A stretch of 64,000 bases of DNA from Vitrella brassicaformis CCMP3155 (taxonomy: Eukaryota > Protista > Chromerida), in contig CDMY01000791.1 in NCBI GenBank assembly GCA_001179505.1, positions 201,880 through 265,879 of the forward strand. Reading direction: 5' to 3'. The position numbers were made by a program, and so were the translations under genes. This document shows, one piece after another, positions 1 to 11,960 of this stretch (its first letter is position 1; each line of letters starts with the position of its first letter). The notes under the pieces are model-generated. The model ran no database searches and was not told the origin of the DNA. It saw nothing but the letters and a program-made list of their open reading frames with translations.

Positions 1-48
1 TGTGTGCCCCTCCCTCCCTCCCTGCCTCCCTCCCTCCAGGCGGCCCAC

Positions 49-907
49 CTTGCAGGCCTGCATGTACATGTTCTTGAGAGCCTGGACCTCCGCATCGCCC
101 GCCGTGGTGCCCTGGCCGTGGGCCTCCAGCTGCCCCAGCCCCTCGTCTGCCGTCGGGATGCGCCACTGCACGCGACACACGTGCTGACCCCCGCTGATCT
201 CACGGTCCTGGGTCTCCTCGGCCCGCAGCCGCAGACGGAGGTTGTTGGCCATCCATCGGGTCAACTGGGATAGCTCCTCTGCCTCGGGCTCGCACCCCTG
301 CATGCGCCATGTCCTGTGCAGCACCTGCCTCGCCGCATGACGACGCGCCTCGCGCTTGTTGGCACCCTCGCCGCTCACCTGCACTCACCACAACCTCTTC
401 TCCCTCTCTGGTTGATGTTTTCATGTTGATTCACTCACTGACCGCAATCTTTTGGTTGGCCCGCCCCGTGATGTGCCACGTAATGGTGTGTGTGAAGCCG
501 CCCCTCCGCCCCTTGTCCACCCTCTCGTGGGCCTCCACAGCCAACACACCGCCGCCCCGGCCGCCCACACCGACACCCACATTGGCCTGCAGGCACTGCA
601 ACCGGATCGTGTAGGCCACCAAGACGTTCTCGACGTCGACGGCGCATCGGTACATGGCCTCCAGGTCAAACGCAGACGAAAGAGGAGTGGCAGCAGGGGG
701 AGTGGCGACATCGATGCCGCTCGCAGATGGGCGTGTGAGAGCTGCAGGGGAGGGGGGCAGTGGCGGCAGCTGCTGCTGCTGGACAGAGGAGCTCTGGTGG
801 CGGCGGCCGCGAGTGCACCACTGGAGAGCGGGCCTGGCTGCTCGTGCTGACAACTGATCTGGGGAGAAGAGGTCTCTGAAGGCAGAGAGGATCGCCCGAA
901 GCCTCAT
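49..907 (-). CDS. dsRNA-binding-domain (two dsRBD-like motifs) protein with N-terminal mitochondrial-type presequence; 5' part only, continues beyond left edge (DHX30-like helicase N-terminus possible)
   Basis: Exon 1 907-443 (MRLRAILSAFRD...GFTHTITWHITGRANQKIA) and exon 2 378-49 join in frame over a GT-AG intron. Exon 2 reads VSGEGANKREARRHAARQVL and HVCRVQWRIP...AHGQGTTAGDAEVQAL, both resembling the dsRBD 'G.G..KK.A...AA..AL' signature. A donor GT follows at 48. Confidence 0.7.
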
Positions 908-1169
908 AACGGTAGCAGAGCAGCCCAATGCAGAGATCTCCCGCAACTGGACATCAAAAGACAGATCATCACTTCCGATGAGTCCTTTCGATGTGTACAC
1001 CGCATCTTGGTTCACCTGCCGGAACGCGATGAATCTGAAGGTCTGCGAGCTCAGCTTCAAAGCTCGCAAAAGGACAACGAAGGAGGAGGAGGGAAAACCA
1101 CGGCGCGCGTGTGGCCTCTTGGCGATCGGCATCTGCCTTGATATAGACTCCAGTACTGCGGCTTTCCAG
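908..1169. promoter_or_regulatory. Putative bidirectional promoter (262 bp) between divergent genes
   Basis: Head-to-head ATGs at 907 (-) and 1170 (+); function inferred from geometry only. Confidence 0.4.
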
Positions 1170-2136
1170 ATGAGAGCAGAAGGCCGCTCTTTGGTGCCTG
1201 TGACAGCGCCGCCAGATCAGCGCAACATGGGAGGCGGCGAGCAGCAGCTGGCGCCCTCCAGCCCTCCACCAGACACCAGCAGCACACACAGCGGCGCAAC
1301 CGACCCGCTCGCATCATTCCCATGGGACCCCGCGGAGATGGGTAACTAACTACTCACTGACACGTACACCGCCCGCAAGGAGCATACCACGGTGTGGTGA
1401 CAGCGTCGCTCGGTGTACGGGCGTACTCTGATGTGCTGTGTGCTGTGTGTGTGGTGTGTGTGCAGAGTATTTGTCGTTGGACGACACTGGTGCGACTTAT
1501 CCCTACGGCCTTCGGTGGCGAGTGCTGATCCCCAGCCTGGTGTTGATCTGTGTGGGGTGCGTCATGTTTGTCAAGGCGACGGTGGACCAGCACTACGCCG
1601 ACACGTTCCACAACTGGAACGTCTACGGCATCCCCATCCCCCACGCATTCCTATTCCCCTTCCTCGCAGTCGTCAGCGTCGTCGTCTTCGCAATGGCCAT
1701 GGCCCACCTCTACTACAAGGTGGTCCTGCGGCCCACACTCGTGCTGCGCCCAACCTTCGTGTGTGTGCCGTCACTGCGGTGCTTCCTGAGGGTGCGGGTG
1801 CGGGTCGTGCACTTCAACACCGTCATCAGCATGACTCGCCTCAGGCGGCGGGGCACCTCCTGCTTGGGGCTCAGCCAGCGCATCGAGGTGGCCTACAGGA
1901 AACCCTCCACATCTGTCCATTCGCCATCCACCTCTTCCAACATCCTCTCGCACATCGGCGGACTCACGAGCGGGTTGGTGGCACCTGACAGCAGCGAGTC
2001 GAGTGTGCGCGACCGTGTGATGATCGACTCGCTGCAGCTGCCGTCTGATAAGGATTTCGACGACGTGTGGAGCTTTCTTCTGTCGCAAGCCAACCCGCAG
2101 AGGGAGGAATCGAGACTCACTGCCAGTGACCCGTGA
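1170..2136 (+). CDS. Hypothetical membrane protein, two predicted TM helices
   Basis: Exons 1170-1341, 1380-1412 and 1466-2136 join in frame over GT-AG introns of 38 and 53 nt. Hydrophobic segments VLIPSLVLICVGCVMFV and FLFPFLAVVSVVVFAMAMAHLYY. Confidence 0.7.
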
Positions 2137-3228
2137 GTGACCGATGGTCGCGGCAGTGAGAACTGTGTGTAATGTATGTGAGTGAGAGTACTAAGTGACG
2201 TACGTGCCTGCTTGTTGGTGGCACGGCACGTGTCTGTCTGTCGGTCAGCCAGCCAGCCAGCCAGCAGCCGGCCAGACTGAGTATGTGGGTGGCGGGGAAG
2301 GTAAGGTAGGTACCTTGGGTGTGGTGTACAGCTAGCTGTGTGGTGACTTTGTGGGGCGGCCCTTGGTGGTGTCCGCCTGGGTGAGGTCAGGTGAGGTGAG
2401 TGCGTCTTTTTCTGTGGCATGCCGTCGTGTGTGTTATCATGTGGTGCCGAAAGACTCATGATCAGGACGAGTGATGCGACTTGGTCTGGTGTGAATCATG
2501 GCCAATGCATTCATTCACTCCACGGCACACGACTCGCACCTTTAAAGACGGCGTGTAGGGCCAGTAAGTACCACGACAGGTGGTTTCGTTCATTCATGTC
2601 ACACGAAGGTCTGTACACACATCCATCCATCCACGCACCCATCAGGAAGCACACGCATCGAAATCCACACCACGCCCACGCCTCGTGGAGGCCACACACT
2701 GGCCACCCATCCATCCAGCCTTGTCCATCCAGCCAGCCGTGTAGATACGTGCCATCCATCCGTCCATCATGCGGCTGCTCTCTCACTCAGTGTGTGCGAT
2801 GTATACATACATATGGATACACTTCATTGCCAGACAAACAGACGGACAGACCGTTGGCCGAAAATGCATGGATGGACACACAACTGCAAGCAAACACAGG
2901 CCGGGCGCTGTGTGTCCATGTCCTCCCTCCCCCTCTGGTCAAAAATTCATCCGGTGCAGCTGCCTTGCCGCAGTCACATAGGCCACACACCCACACTGAT
3001 GCAACCCTCCATCCAGCCATCCATCTCTCTGTGCGTGTGTGTTCACATAGTCCATTCCGCAGTCGGTCGCGTGGGGCTTGGCCCGGGCGGTGGGACCATG
3101 CATCCATCCATCCATCCATGGATGGGCTTGCTCCCTCATTGCCTACAATGTACATGGCACGGATGACCATACACCAAGACAAATGGGCTATCTCTCGCTG
3201 ATAATAGAGCTCGCGTTATCTCACTCTC

Positions 3229-4796
3229 TCACGCTCTTGGGTCGAGTGGGAACGGCCTCATCTTCGAACCTGGTAACCCCCTGCACACACGGAGAGAGAC
3301 GGAGAGAGACATCAGAACCGCTCATGACCCCCTGACCACGGTTGCATACCTTCCCCCTGGCAGCAGTCCCCTCTTCATGGCGAGGCTTTCGTCCGGCTCC
3401 TGCTCGCCCTTGCGCTTGGCGATGAATGCGTATGGGACCACCTTGAGCTCCCGAATGCTGCCGACCTTGGTGTCGAGCTTGACGACCCCCTTGCGCTTCA
3501 CCTTGGCCACCTCGTCGCCCTCAACGCCCAACAGAATGCCCGTCTTGCCCTTGTCGGGACCTGGAAAGGGACACGCCAACACATACGGTATGTCTGCAGG
3601 TCGGCTGTGTTGGGTGTGGTGTGGGGCGCAGGCTGGCTGGCTGGCTGACCTCTGAGGAGTAGGACTTGGTCCCTGATCTTTGGCGGGTCCCTCAGAGGCG
3701 GGACGTACACCAACTGTGAATCCTCCACACCCTGTCTCCACACACACACACACACACCCAACCATACATCAAGAATAGCAGTAAGTAACAGGTGCACCAA
3801 GGACGTCTGTCTGTCTGTCTGTGCATCTGTCGCGTCGTTGCAACCGCTGACTTCGAAGAATTTCTCGGTTGAGATGATGGGGTCGTAGACCTCATACAAA
3901 TCGCCAGCCTTCAAATACCTACACACACGCCCATAGACAGACACCATAATGGTCAGTCAAAACATGCCCTCCCGCCCGGCGGTATGCCATGCCATGCTGT
4001 GGTTCGCCGCACCTGTCGAATGAGACCGACATGGCTGCGAAGGCCTCCTCGGTCTCCCGCACGTCCTTCTTGTCCACAGCGCGTTTCAGACGCTCAACAG
4101 ATCCGAACAAACGACCCACCTGCATGACACACACACAGACAACAGGAGGCCACGTGACTGACAATGGTGCGTATGTCCAGCCCTCACCCACCTCATATCT
4201 GAGTGCGAATCGTGTGTTCTCGTCGACAGGGTCCTTGCCGGGGAAGGCCGAGTCCGTGTACTTGGTGAAGATGGGCACGTACGCCCGCAGCTGCTGCGGA
4301 TACGACGCCAAGATGTCCCAATCCTATAGACCGACCGACAAACACACCAACACACAACAACACAACATCCACACATGCACTGAACACAGACAGCCCGTCG
4401 CTGGCTGACCTCGTCGTAGATGTCAGCCTGCAGCTCATCGAGTACAGTGGCGATTTGCCGTATCCTCGGGGCTATCTTCTGAGCCAATGCGGTGTTCTTG
4501 GCGGCCTCCGACGGCAGAGGGACGCCTCCGAGACTCAACAAGCCCACGGCAGCCGGCGTGGCCAGCCACCTCCAGAAATGGGCCCTGCGGCTGTCATCAC
4601 TGTCATGACTTGCGGACATCTGCAGCGCCTCATGTGAGAGGGAGGATGGCCGATGCCGCCTCGGCGTTGTCGCTGACATGAGCTGATAGAGTTGTCGATG
4701 TGATGGTCGTGGAGGGGAGAGGGGCTGGAAGGCATGCGCCAGGCCTATGCAGAGGGCGACGCACTGCATCACAGGCGATGAAGGGAATGCCATCAT
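3229..4796 (-). CDS. Thylakoid-lumen-targeted PsbQ-like protein with C-terminal KOW motif
   Basis: Seven exons (4796-4410, 4323-4192, 4119-4013, 3918-3852, 3731-3650, 3560-3350, 3280-3229), all GT-AG and in frame. Leader: signal peptide ending AHA-FQP, Ser/Arg-rich transit peptide, twin-Arg SRR plus hydrophobic stretch ending SEA. Helical domain GRLFGSVERLKRAVDKKDVRETEEAFAAMSVSFDRYLKAGDLY; KOW-like IRDQVLLLRGPDKGKTGILLGVEGD. Confidence 0.75.
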
Positions 4797-4965
4797 CTTG
4801 AGCTTGACACGGAGAAGTCAGGGAAAACTCTTCCCTTTGTCGAGATCTTGTTTCTATGTCCTCGTGCTGCCTCGCTTGCCCCGCAGCTGGGAAAATCCCC
4901 GTTGACAACTTAAGCTCGCACTCTGAGCTTAGCTCGCAGGTGTGATTCGCTTTCCTCGCATCATC
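4797..4965. promoter_or_regulatory. Putative bidirectional promoter (169 bp) shared by the PsbQ-like gene and RPL15
   Basis: Divergent ATGs at 4796 (-) and 4966 (+); pyrimidine-rich TCGCTTTCCTCGCATCATC just before the RPL15 ATG. Confidence 0.45.
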
Positions 4966-5937
4966 ATGGGCGCGTACAAGTAAGGGAGACCACAGGGAAG
5001 ACAGCTTGACGGGAGATCTTGAGGATCTCTGTCTTGTGTGTGTCCTGCAGGTACCTGGAGGAGCTGTGGAAGAAGAAGCAGTCGGATGTGCTCCGATTCC
5101 TTCTCCGCGTCCGCACATGGGAGTACCGGTGACCAACGCACACAGGGAGGGAGGGAGAGAGGGGGGCACGGGTGCTGACAGACAGATGCGAGCGCAAGAC
5201 AGCTCTGACGAAGGCAGGCAGGCAGGCAGTCAGATAGCTCGTGTGACCACCGCTTGTGGATGTGTTGTGTCTTCTGGCTGGCGTTGTGTGTTTGGTTTGG
5301 TGTGCTGTAGTCACCTGCCTGCGGTGCACCGTGCGTCCCGTCCGACTCGTCCTGACAAGGCGCGTCGTTTGGGTTACAAGGCCAAGCAGGGGTTCGTCAT
5401 CTACCGCGTCCGTGTGCGTCGTGGGGACCGCAAGAAGATGGTGAGCAAGGGCATCGTCTACGGCAAGCCCAAGCACCACGGTATCCGCAAGCAGAAGAGC
5501 ACCCGCAACCTCCGCAGCGTCGCCGAGGAGCGGGTGGGCCGCAAGGTGTGCGCCGGGCTGCGCGTCCTCAACTCCTACTGGGTGGCCCAGGACGCCACTT
5601 ACAAATTCTTCGAGGTCATCATGGTCGACCCCTCCCACAACGCCATCCGCAAGAACACACGATACAACTGGATCTGCGACGCCACACACAAGCACCGCGA
5701 GCTCCGCGGACTCACCAGCGCAGGTCGGTAGAGATAGATGATATCGCTACACAGGGAGGGAGGGAGGGGGACCCACTATACACGTGTGTACCGTTTCTCT
5801 CAATGTGTGTGTCACATGTTGCAGGCAAGAAGTATCGTGGTCTGCGGACCAAGGGCGGTGGTGCGGCCCGGCTGCGCCCCTCGCGGCGCGCCACCTGGCG
5901 CCGACGACAGTTCCTCCAGCTCAGGCGATACAGATAA
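4966..5937 (+). CDS. RPL15: 60S ribosomal protein L15 (eL15)
   Basis: Exons 4966-4979, 5051-5128, 5311-5723 and 5825-5937 give [58 protein letters not shown]...LQLRRYR, the canonical eL15 sequence. Confidence 0.98.
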
Positions 5938-6653
5938 ACACACGACAATGCCCACACCCGGACGCCTCCCCCCCCTGCACCAGTCAGCCTGCCGCCTCTT
6001 GTCGTGCGTGCACGTGTTGCCGCTTTGGTCCGTCTGCTCGCCGTGTTTCAACCGAGATGGCGGTGGGCGGGATGGGTAGGGAGGGAGGGGCCTGGGCGTG
6101 TTGGCAGGAGGGACGATGGTTGGATGGACGGACGGACGGGGTGGTGGCGATTCTCGTGTGGTGCATGGCTGTCTCGTGACGTCAGTGTGCGTGAGAGCGT
6201 GAGGAAACTGTGCCTCTGCTCAGTCAAACTTGCCATGGTTTACTTGGTTGGTTGCCTTGCCGCGTACCAATGCGTTCACACACACAGACACACACACACA
6301 CACACACACGACAGGTCGCAATGCCTGACACGTGCACAGGTCACATGAGAAAGTCCCATCCCACTCACGTGTGGGTTCCCTACACGTCTCCAGCCAGCCA
6401 GTGGGGGGAGCGCTACAAACCCTGTCCTCTCCTTCTCTCGCAATCTAATAGATAGATAAGACGAGAAAAATACACGTCATCGATACACACATGTATACGT
6501 GGGCAGCATCGGTCAACGGAGGAGTGTCCCTCCATCCATCCATCGATCCCGACTCCGTCTGTTTTTTTGTCTGTCTGTCTTGATTCAAATCGTCAGTCCA
6601 CTGGAAAAAAGGTAAGGCATCCCTCCTATCCACGCAACCGTCCGTCAGTCAGG

Positions 6654-9600
6654 TCAGCCCCACTGGCTGGCCGAGGTGAGCTGCATCATGAGCTCCTTGC
6701 CCTCTTTGGACGTCCTCGTCGACGGGCCCCCCAGCTGGTCGGCCTCCTCCAGGATGTCGGGCGACAGCTGCTCGATCGGTGCGTCGTCAATCTCGCCCAT
6801 CGCCCGGTCGGTGGCCTGCAGCGCCCCCATGATGGCGGCGATCTGCTGGCGGAACTCCTCCCGGCCCTTCTTCTCTCGCAGCAGGTTCTGGTCGATGGTC
6901 GTCATGTGGTGGGCCAGCTTGTGGCTGTCGTCCCGGAGGCTCTCGGTCTCGTTCAGGAGCTGCCGCAGCTCGCTCTCCTGCGCGTTGAGTCTGCGGCAGA
7001 GCTGCGCACGGAGTGTGTTGGACTTGTCGACGAGGTAGTGGAGGGCCTCCTTGGCGGCGGTGAAGGACGCCTCGAGGAGGCGGACCTCGGCCTTCTTCTT
7101 CTCCAGCTGGGCCTCGATGTCAGTCACCTTGGCCTGCACCGAGGACACCTCCTCGGTCTTCTTGTCTACCTCACCATCGGCCTGGCGGCACAACGCCTGC
7201 AACTCGGCCGCCTTGCGCACCATCGCCTCAGGGTCACTCTGACACATACATACACAGAGAGAAAGAGATGAGATGGGTGCATGTCTGTTCGTCTGTGATG
7301 TTTGCCCATCCATCCATCCATCCATCCACCTGTAGAGCGAGTTGCTGCTGGAGGTTCTGCAGGTCAGCCTCTAGTCTCTTGACCTCCTGTTCGATCTGCT
7401 TGTGCTTGTCCTGCAGCTGGCGGATGGACCGCAGCGTGTCGTCGGTCCTCAGGGGTTGCATCCGCTGGCGCACCCAGTCCATCTTGGCCTTGATCAGCCG
7501 ACGGAACTCACGAGACGTCTCAGACGCGTCACCTGAGGCCGTCATCAAAGCCTGCACCGACTCGTCCATGACCAGAGACGGGATCTTGGCAGCCAGGGAG
7601 GCGATCTTGGCGGCATTGCCCAGCTCCTCGGCTGGCTCCTCCTGGGAGGAGGAGGAAGGGTGACCGTGGGCCGTATCGGCGGTGGATGCAGCAGCTGCTG
7701 CTGCCGCGGCGGACACGTGTGTGAGATGGTGAGCTGTGTTGGAGGGGCTGCCGTCGCCGGTGCCGTCACCCGTGCCGCCACCCGCTATGCGGCTAGATGA
7801 GGCCGGTGCGTGCGAGTGGGGGCCCTCATCCTGACTCCCAAAGAAGAACTGCTCGTGCTCCTGCACACGACACCACACCAAGACAGCCCAGACGACAGAC
7901 ACATCACATGAGTGCATGTTTCGATGCGTATCTGTGTGTGCTGGTCCCTCCCTCCGCTCCCTCCCTCCCTCCCTCCCTCCCCACTGACCTCGAGTGCCTG
8001 GTCGCGTTGCCTGTGCCGCACCCACTCGTCGTATTCCGCCTCGATCTCCTTGAGTTTGGTCAGGGCTGCGTCGTACTCGGCCCTCTCGGCGTCGTTGTGG
8101 GACGACTGCTGCCTGAGGGCCGCCAGCTGCCGCTCGTGTGCGTCCCTCTTGTGTCGGAGCGTCTCGAGCTGCTCCTGGCGGTACTTGACCTGCTCGGCCA
8201 GCTGCTGCTTGCGCTGGGGGGCGTTCTCGATGAGCCGCTCGACCTCCATCCACTTCTCGCGGTGGTTGGATGCCTGGTTCTTGACGATGCGGAGGTTCTC
8301 CTGGCTCTGCTTGAGGATGCCGCTCGCCTCCAGCAGCGACCGCAGCAGGGCGTCGGCCTCACGCTTCCGCTCGTTGAGCTCCTGCTCCTTCCGAACCGCA
8401 CCCTCGTACTGCGTCTCGATCTCCTTGGCGTCCTCCTGGATCTTACGGATCTCAGACGCAAAGTCCTCGGCATTGACGTTGAGCCCGCCGCGAGTCAGCC
8501 CCTGGGCCTCCAGCAGCGTCCGCATCTGGCCCACAAAGGCGCGGGAGGCCTGTGCAGCCTGCGAGAGGGCCTCCCTTTTGCCTTCGAAGCGCTCAAACTC
8601 CTTGAGGAATTCGTCGATGCGGTCGAGGGACAGCGCCAGGCCTCTCGTGCGGTCGACGACGAGCTCCTCCTTGGCCTTGAGCCGCTCGTTCTCGCCCTTG
8701 AGCAGCTCCTTGTGCACATCGAACTGACGCTCGGCGTGCTCCAGCAGCACCTTGGTGATCGTCAGACGCTGCTGCAGCAGGTCCAACGACAGCGGGAAGG
8801 ACGGGCACGCAATGGACGATGCCGCCTTCTTGTCCACGCCGCCACGAGACACCACTCGCATGCTGGCCGCGGCCGCAGAGGCCCCTCCGCCAGTGCTGGA
8901 GCTGCTGGCCATCGAGTTGGCCCGTGTGCCCATCTGTGCGCGGGAGGTCGGTTGGGCTGACTGCTGCTGGTGCGTCGGGGGCACCGATGGCGATGCGGGA
9001 GAGTCCTCCTCGCCCCAGGGCACGTGGAGCAGAGCGACAGCTGCGAGGGTGCGGACCATGTCGGTGGCGCCCCAGCTGAGCTGGTGCTCGATGGCCGGCA
9101 GCAGGCCGTGCTTCACCACCAGCTCCGCCACGTCTTCACGGGGGCTGGGGGTAGACGGGCCCCCACCAGCAGCGGCGGACCCCGCCTCGTGTGACGATGA
9201 CGCCGCGCCACTAGCTGCTGCTGCTGCTGCTGCTGACGAGGGCTTGTCTGTGGTGGCCGCTGCCGCCTTGGTGACGAGTACCGACACGAACCAGCAGACG
9301 AAGAACGTCACTGCAGGGATGGCGTCCTCGCCCTCGGGCTTGTCGCCACTGCTGGTGACGAGCTGGGCGATCCTGGCCATGTTGTTGCCCTTGCACACGA
9401 GCCTCAGCTGCCGATACTCGAGGCCTGGCGGCGAGTTGGGACCGCTCTGTAGGTCCTTTGGCAGCAGCTCCAGGGACATGGCTGCCCGCTGGGCCGTCTC
9501 GGGGTGTGTGAAGCGGTGGTGCTTGAGGAGGGTGGCGATCATGAGGCCGCTCAGCAGTCGGGCGAGTGGGTTTGGGGACTGGTAGAATGCCGCCAGGACC

Positions 9601-11550
9601 TCCATGCCGATGCCGTCTGCCTCTGAGAGGGCGCTCTGGATCTCGGGCAGCGCCATGGCGAGCCAGAGCAGCAGGGCCAGGAAGTCGTGGAGGGTCGTGT
9701 ACTTGGGGTCACGCAGCAGACGCCGGAACTGCACCATCCCGCCGTCGTTACGGAAGAACACCAACAGACTCGTCGGACCTGCCAACCAAAAAAAGGCCGG
9801 CATGGCCTGCTGTGAGAATGAATGTGTGTGTGCTCACTGTGTTCGACGAGGGACAGGCAGAAGAAGTGGGCTGACGACACGAGGGCTGCCGGGGGCTCAC
9901 CGTCTGCACACGGAGAGTGTCTACCAGGAATTCTGCTGCCCATTATCATAGCTCTGCCTCTGTGAGCGCTGACCTCCGATGTTTTTCTCGAGTATTGAGA
10001 TGACGACTGACAGGGCACTGAACTCAATCAGCAGCTGACGGCTACCTGATACCCGACAGCGTACACATGAATGGAATGCACATGGTGCCGTCCCCCGTGT
10101 CTGTGGTGATCTATCGGAGCGGACCTTCTTTGGAGAGGAGCTGCTTTAAAATGGTGCACAGTCGAGTGTGGAGATCACTGTTGTTGGTGTCCCCCTGCAC
10201 ACAGACAAACAGCACAGAGAAAGGAGGTGACGCTGATGGCCGTTGCCGGCATGGTTGCATGTCTTTGCTTGACTGACCAGGTCGAGCAGTGCGCTAAGGA
10301 CAGAGGGGTGACAAATACGAAACAGATTCACTTCGTTGGCCGCCAAACTGAAGTAACAAACCCATGGCATGTTCACATCGCCTGCCCCGCTCTGTGTGCG
10401 TGCGCGTGTCTACCGCTGCAGATGTGAGACGAGCGTGACGGTGCCATCGGGCTCGCGACAGCACTGTGACCAACAAGCAGCGACGTGGCTGTGTCTTGTG
10501 TGTGTCGGTCATGTCTGTGCGTGTTTGTTACCAGGAATCTAGCGACGACCACTGTGGCCTCCTCTGCGTCAAGAAAGGTCCATATGTTGCCGTCGTTGAT
10601 CACCGCATCAATCTTGAGCAAACTCTGACCGATCAGCCAGCACAGCAAAAGCGACACAGACACCCAGCCGGTGACCCCACCCCCTCTGCACCACATTCAT
10701 TCGTCTCTGCAGTGGCTACCTGGAGGTATTGTTCGAGTGCCTGCCTCCGCCGCTCCACAAAGGTCAGATCCAGATTGCCAAACAGCTTCTTGGCAGGCAA
10801 CTGATCAACACAACACAGACAGCATCATGCCGTCAGTCATTGCGTGTGGAAGAGGGAGCATCTCTCTCTCTCTGTGTGTGTGTGTGTGTGGACCTCTGGG
10901 AGTCCCTCGATACCAAGACGGCGCAACTGGACACAACACACGCATGAGCCAAATGAAGCAACCACTCCCTATTTGCCCTCGTGCTGAGCTGCTCCTCCCC
11001 CTCCCTGCCATACCCGTGCATGTAAGTCGGCGAAGTTCTTGAATCGGCGTGTGGCCGTCGTCACCTTGCCGCAATCTTCAAGCTCGATGATGTAGTCCTG
11101 TCGACACGCACAGGCGCACACGAAATCCCTCAACAGCGTGGCCACATGCACCTAGATGTGCGCACGCACCGTGTGTTTGGCTCCAAACGTGTTGCTGACG
11201 CAGCTGGTTCGCGGGATCCTCGTCGATATGGGCTGGTCATCCGCACTTCGCCTGACGACGCTTGACGCTCCTCCCGCCTCATGACCTGCGACGGGCGTCT
11301 GTTGATCGTACTCAGACATGGCCACAAGATAAGATTGGTGCACTGGCCGACTCAAATCGCTAAGTGGTAGGTCACTCAGAGAATCAGCGTCGAGGTTGGT
11401 TGGCCCTCTCCCGGCTCTGCGAACAGTTTCACGCAATGGTGCGGCGAGCTCGTCTTTGTCGAGCGAGGACGTGTGGCTTGCAGAGGGCCGTGCCTGCGGG
11501 TCTTGCTCACCCGGCTCGTTCGGCACTTCACGTAGCTTCGTTTGCACCAT
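6654..11550 (-). CDS. PX (Phox homology) domain protein with helical/ARM-like middle region and long C-terminal coiled coil
   Basis: Spliced exons give DYIIELEDCGKVTTATRRFKNFADLHAR|LRRLGIEGLPE|LPAKKLFGNLDLTFVERRRQALEQYLQ|SLLKIDAVINDGNIWTFLD (PX signature RR-F/Y, Pro-Lys loop, RR..LE.YL). Large exons ~9780-7988, ~7870-7332 and ~7237-6654 are heptad-rich (EQKLR). The true start codon is uncertain. Confidence 0.85.
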
Positions 11551-11744
11551 CTCGTGGCGACAACCGAGTGTCGCGCGCTGCCCTTGGCATCATCCGCAGG
11601 CACAACCCATCACAGGTGAGAAGCAATGTCAGACGAGTGACCTCCAGGCCGTCAACATGCCCTCCCTGTCGTTTGTGTGCCATTCAGGTCATAGTGCTGA
11701 CCGCTCTCGAAAGAGCATGTCGGACGCGGCGTCTGCATCGGCTG

Positions 11745-11915
11745 ACGGCGGTATTGATACACAGGTGGGCCACCCTGTGTATCATGCACACGGCAGTGTC
11801 CAATTCTCTCCGCTGTCGGAATATTCCAGGATTGGCTCTACATCCAGGATTGCCCCGCCGGGCTCTGTGCGTTTCCGACAACCAACGACTTGAAGTTCCC
11901 GCCGCAGGTGCGCGC

Positions 11916-11960
<45 letters not shown>

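Noticed and set aside
4980-5824. Intronic snoRNAs in RPL15
   Set aside because: No C box (RUGAUGA)/D box pair or H/ACA structure recognised; the introns are microsatellite-like.
7797-8960. Long plus-strand ORFs opposite the PX gene (also 43487-44967 and 4964-5695)
   Set aside because: Antisense shadows of GC3-rich coding exons on the other strand.
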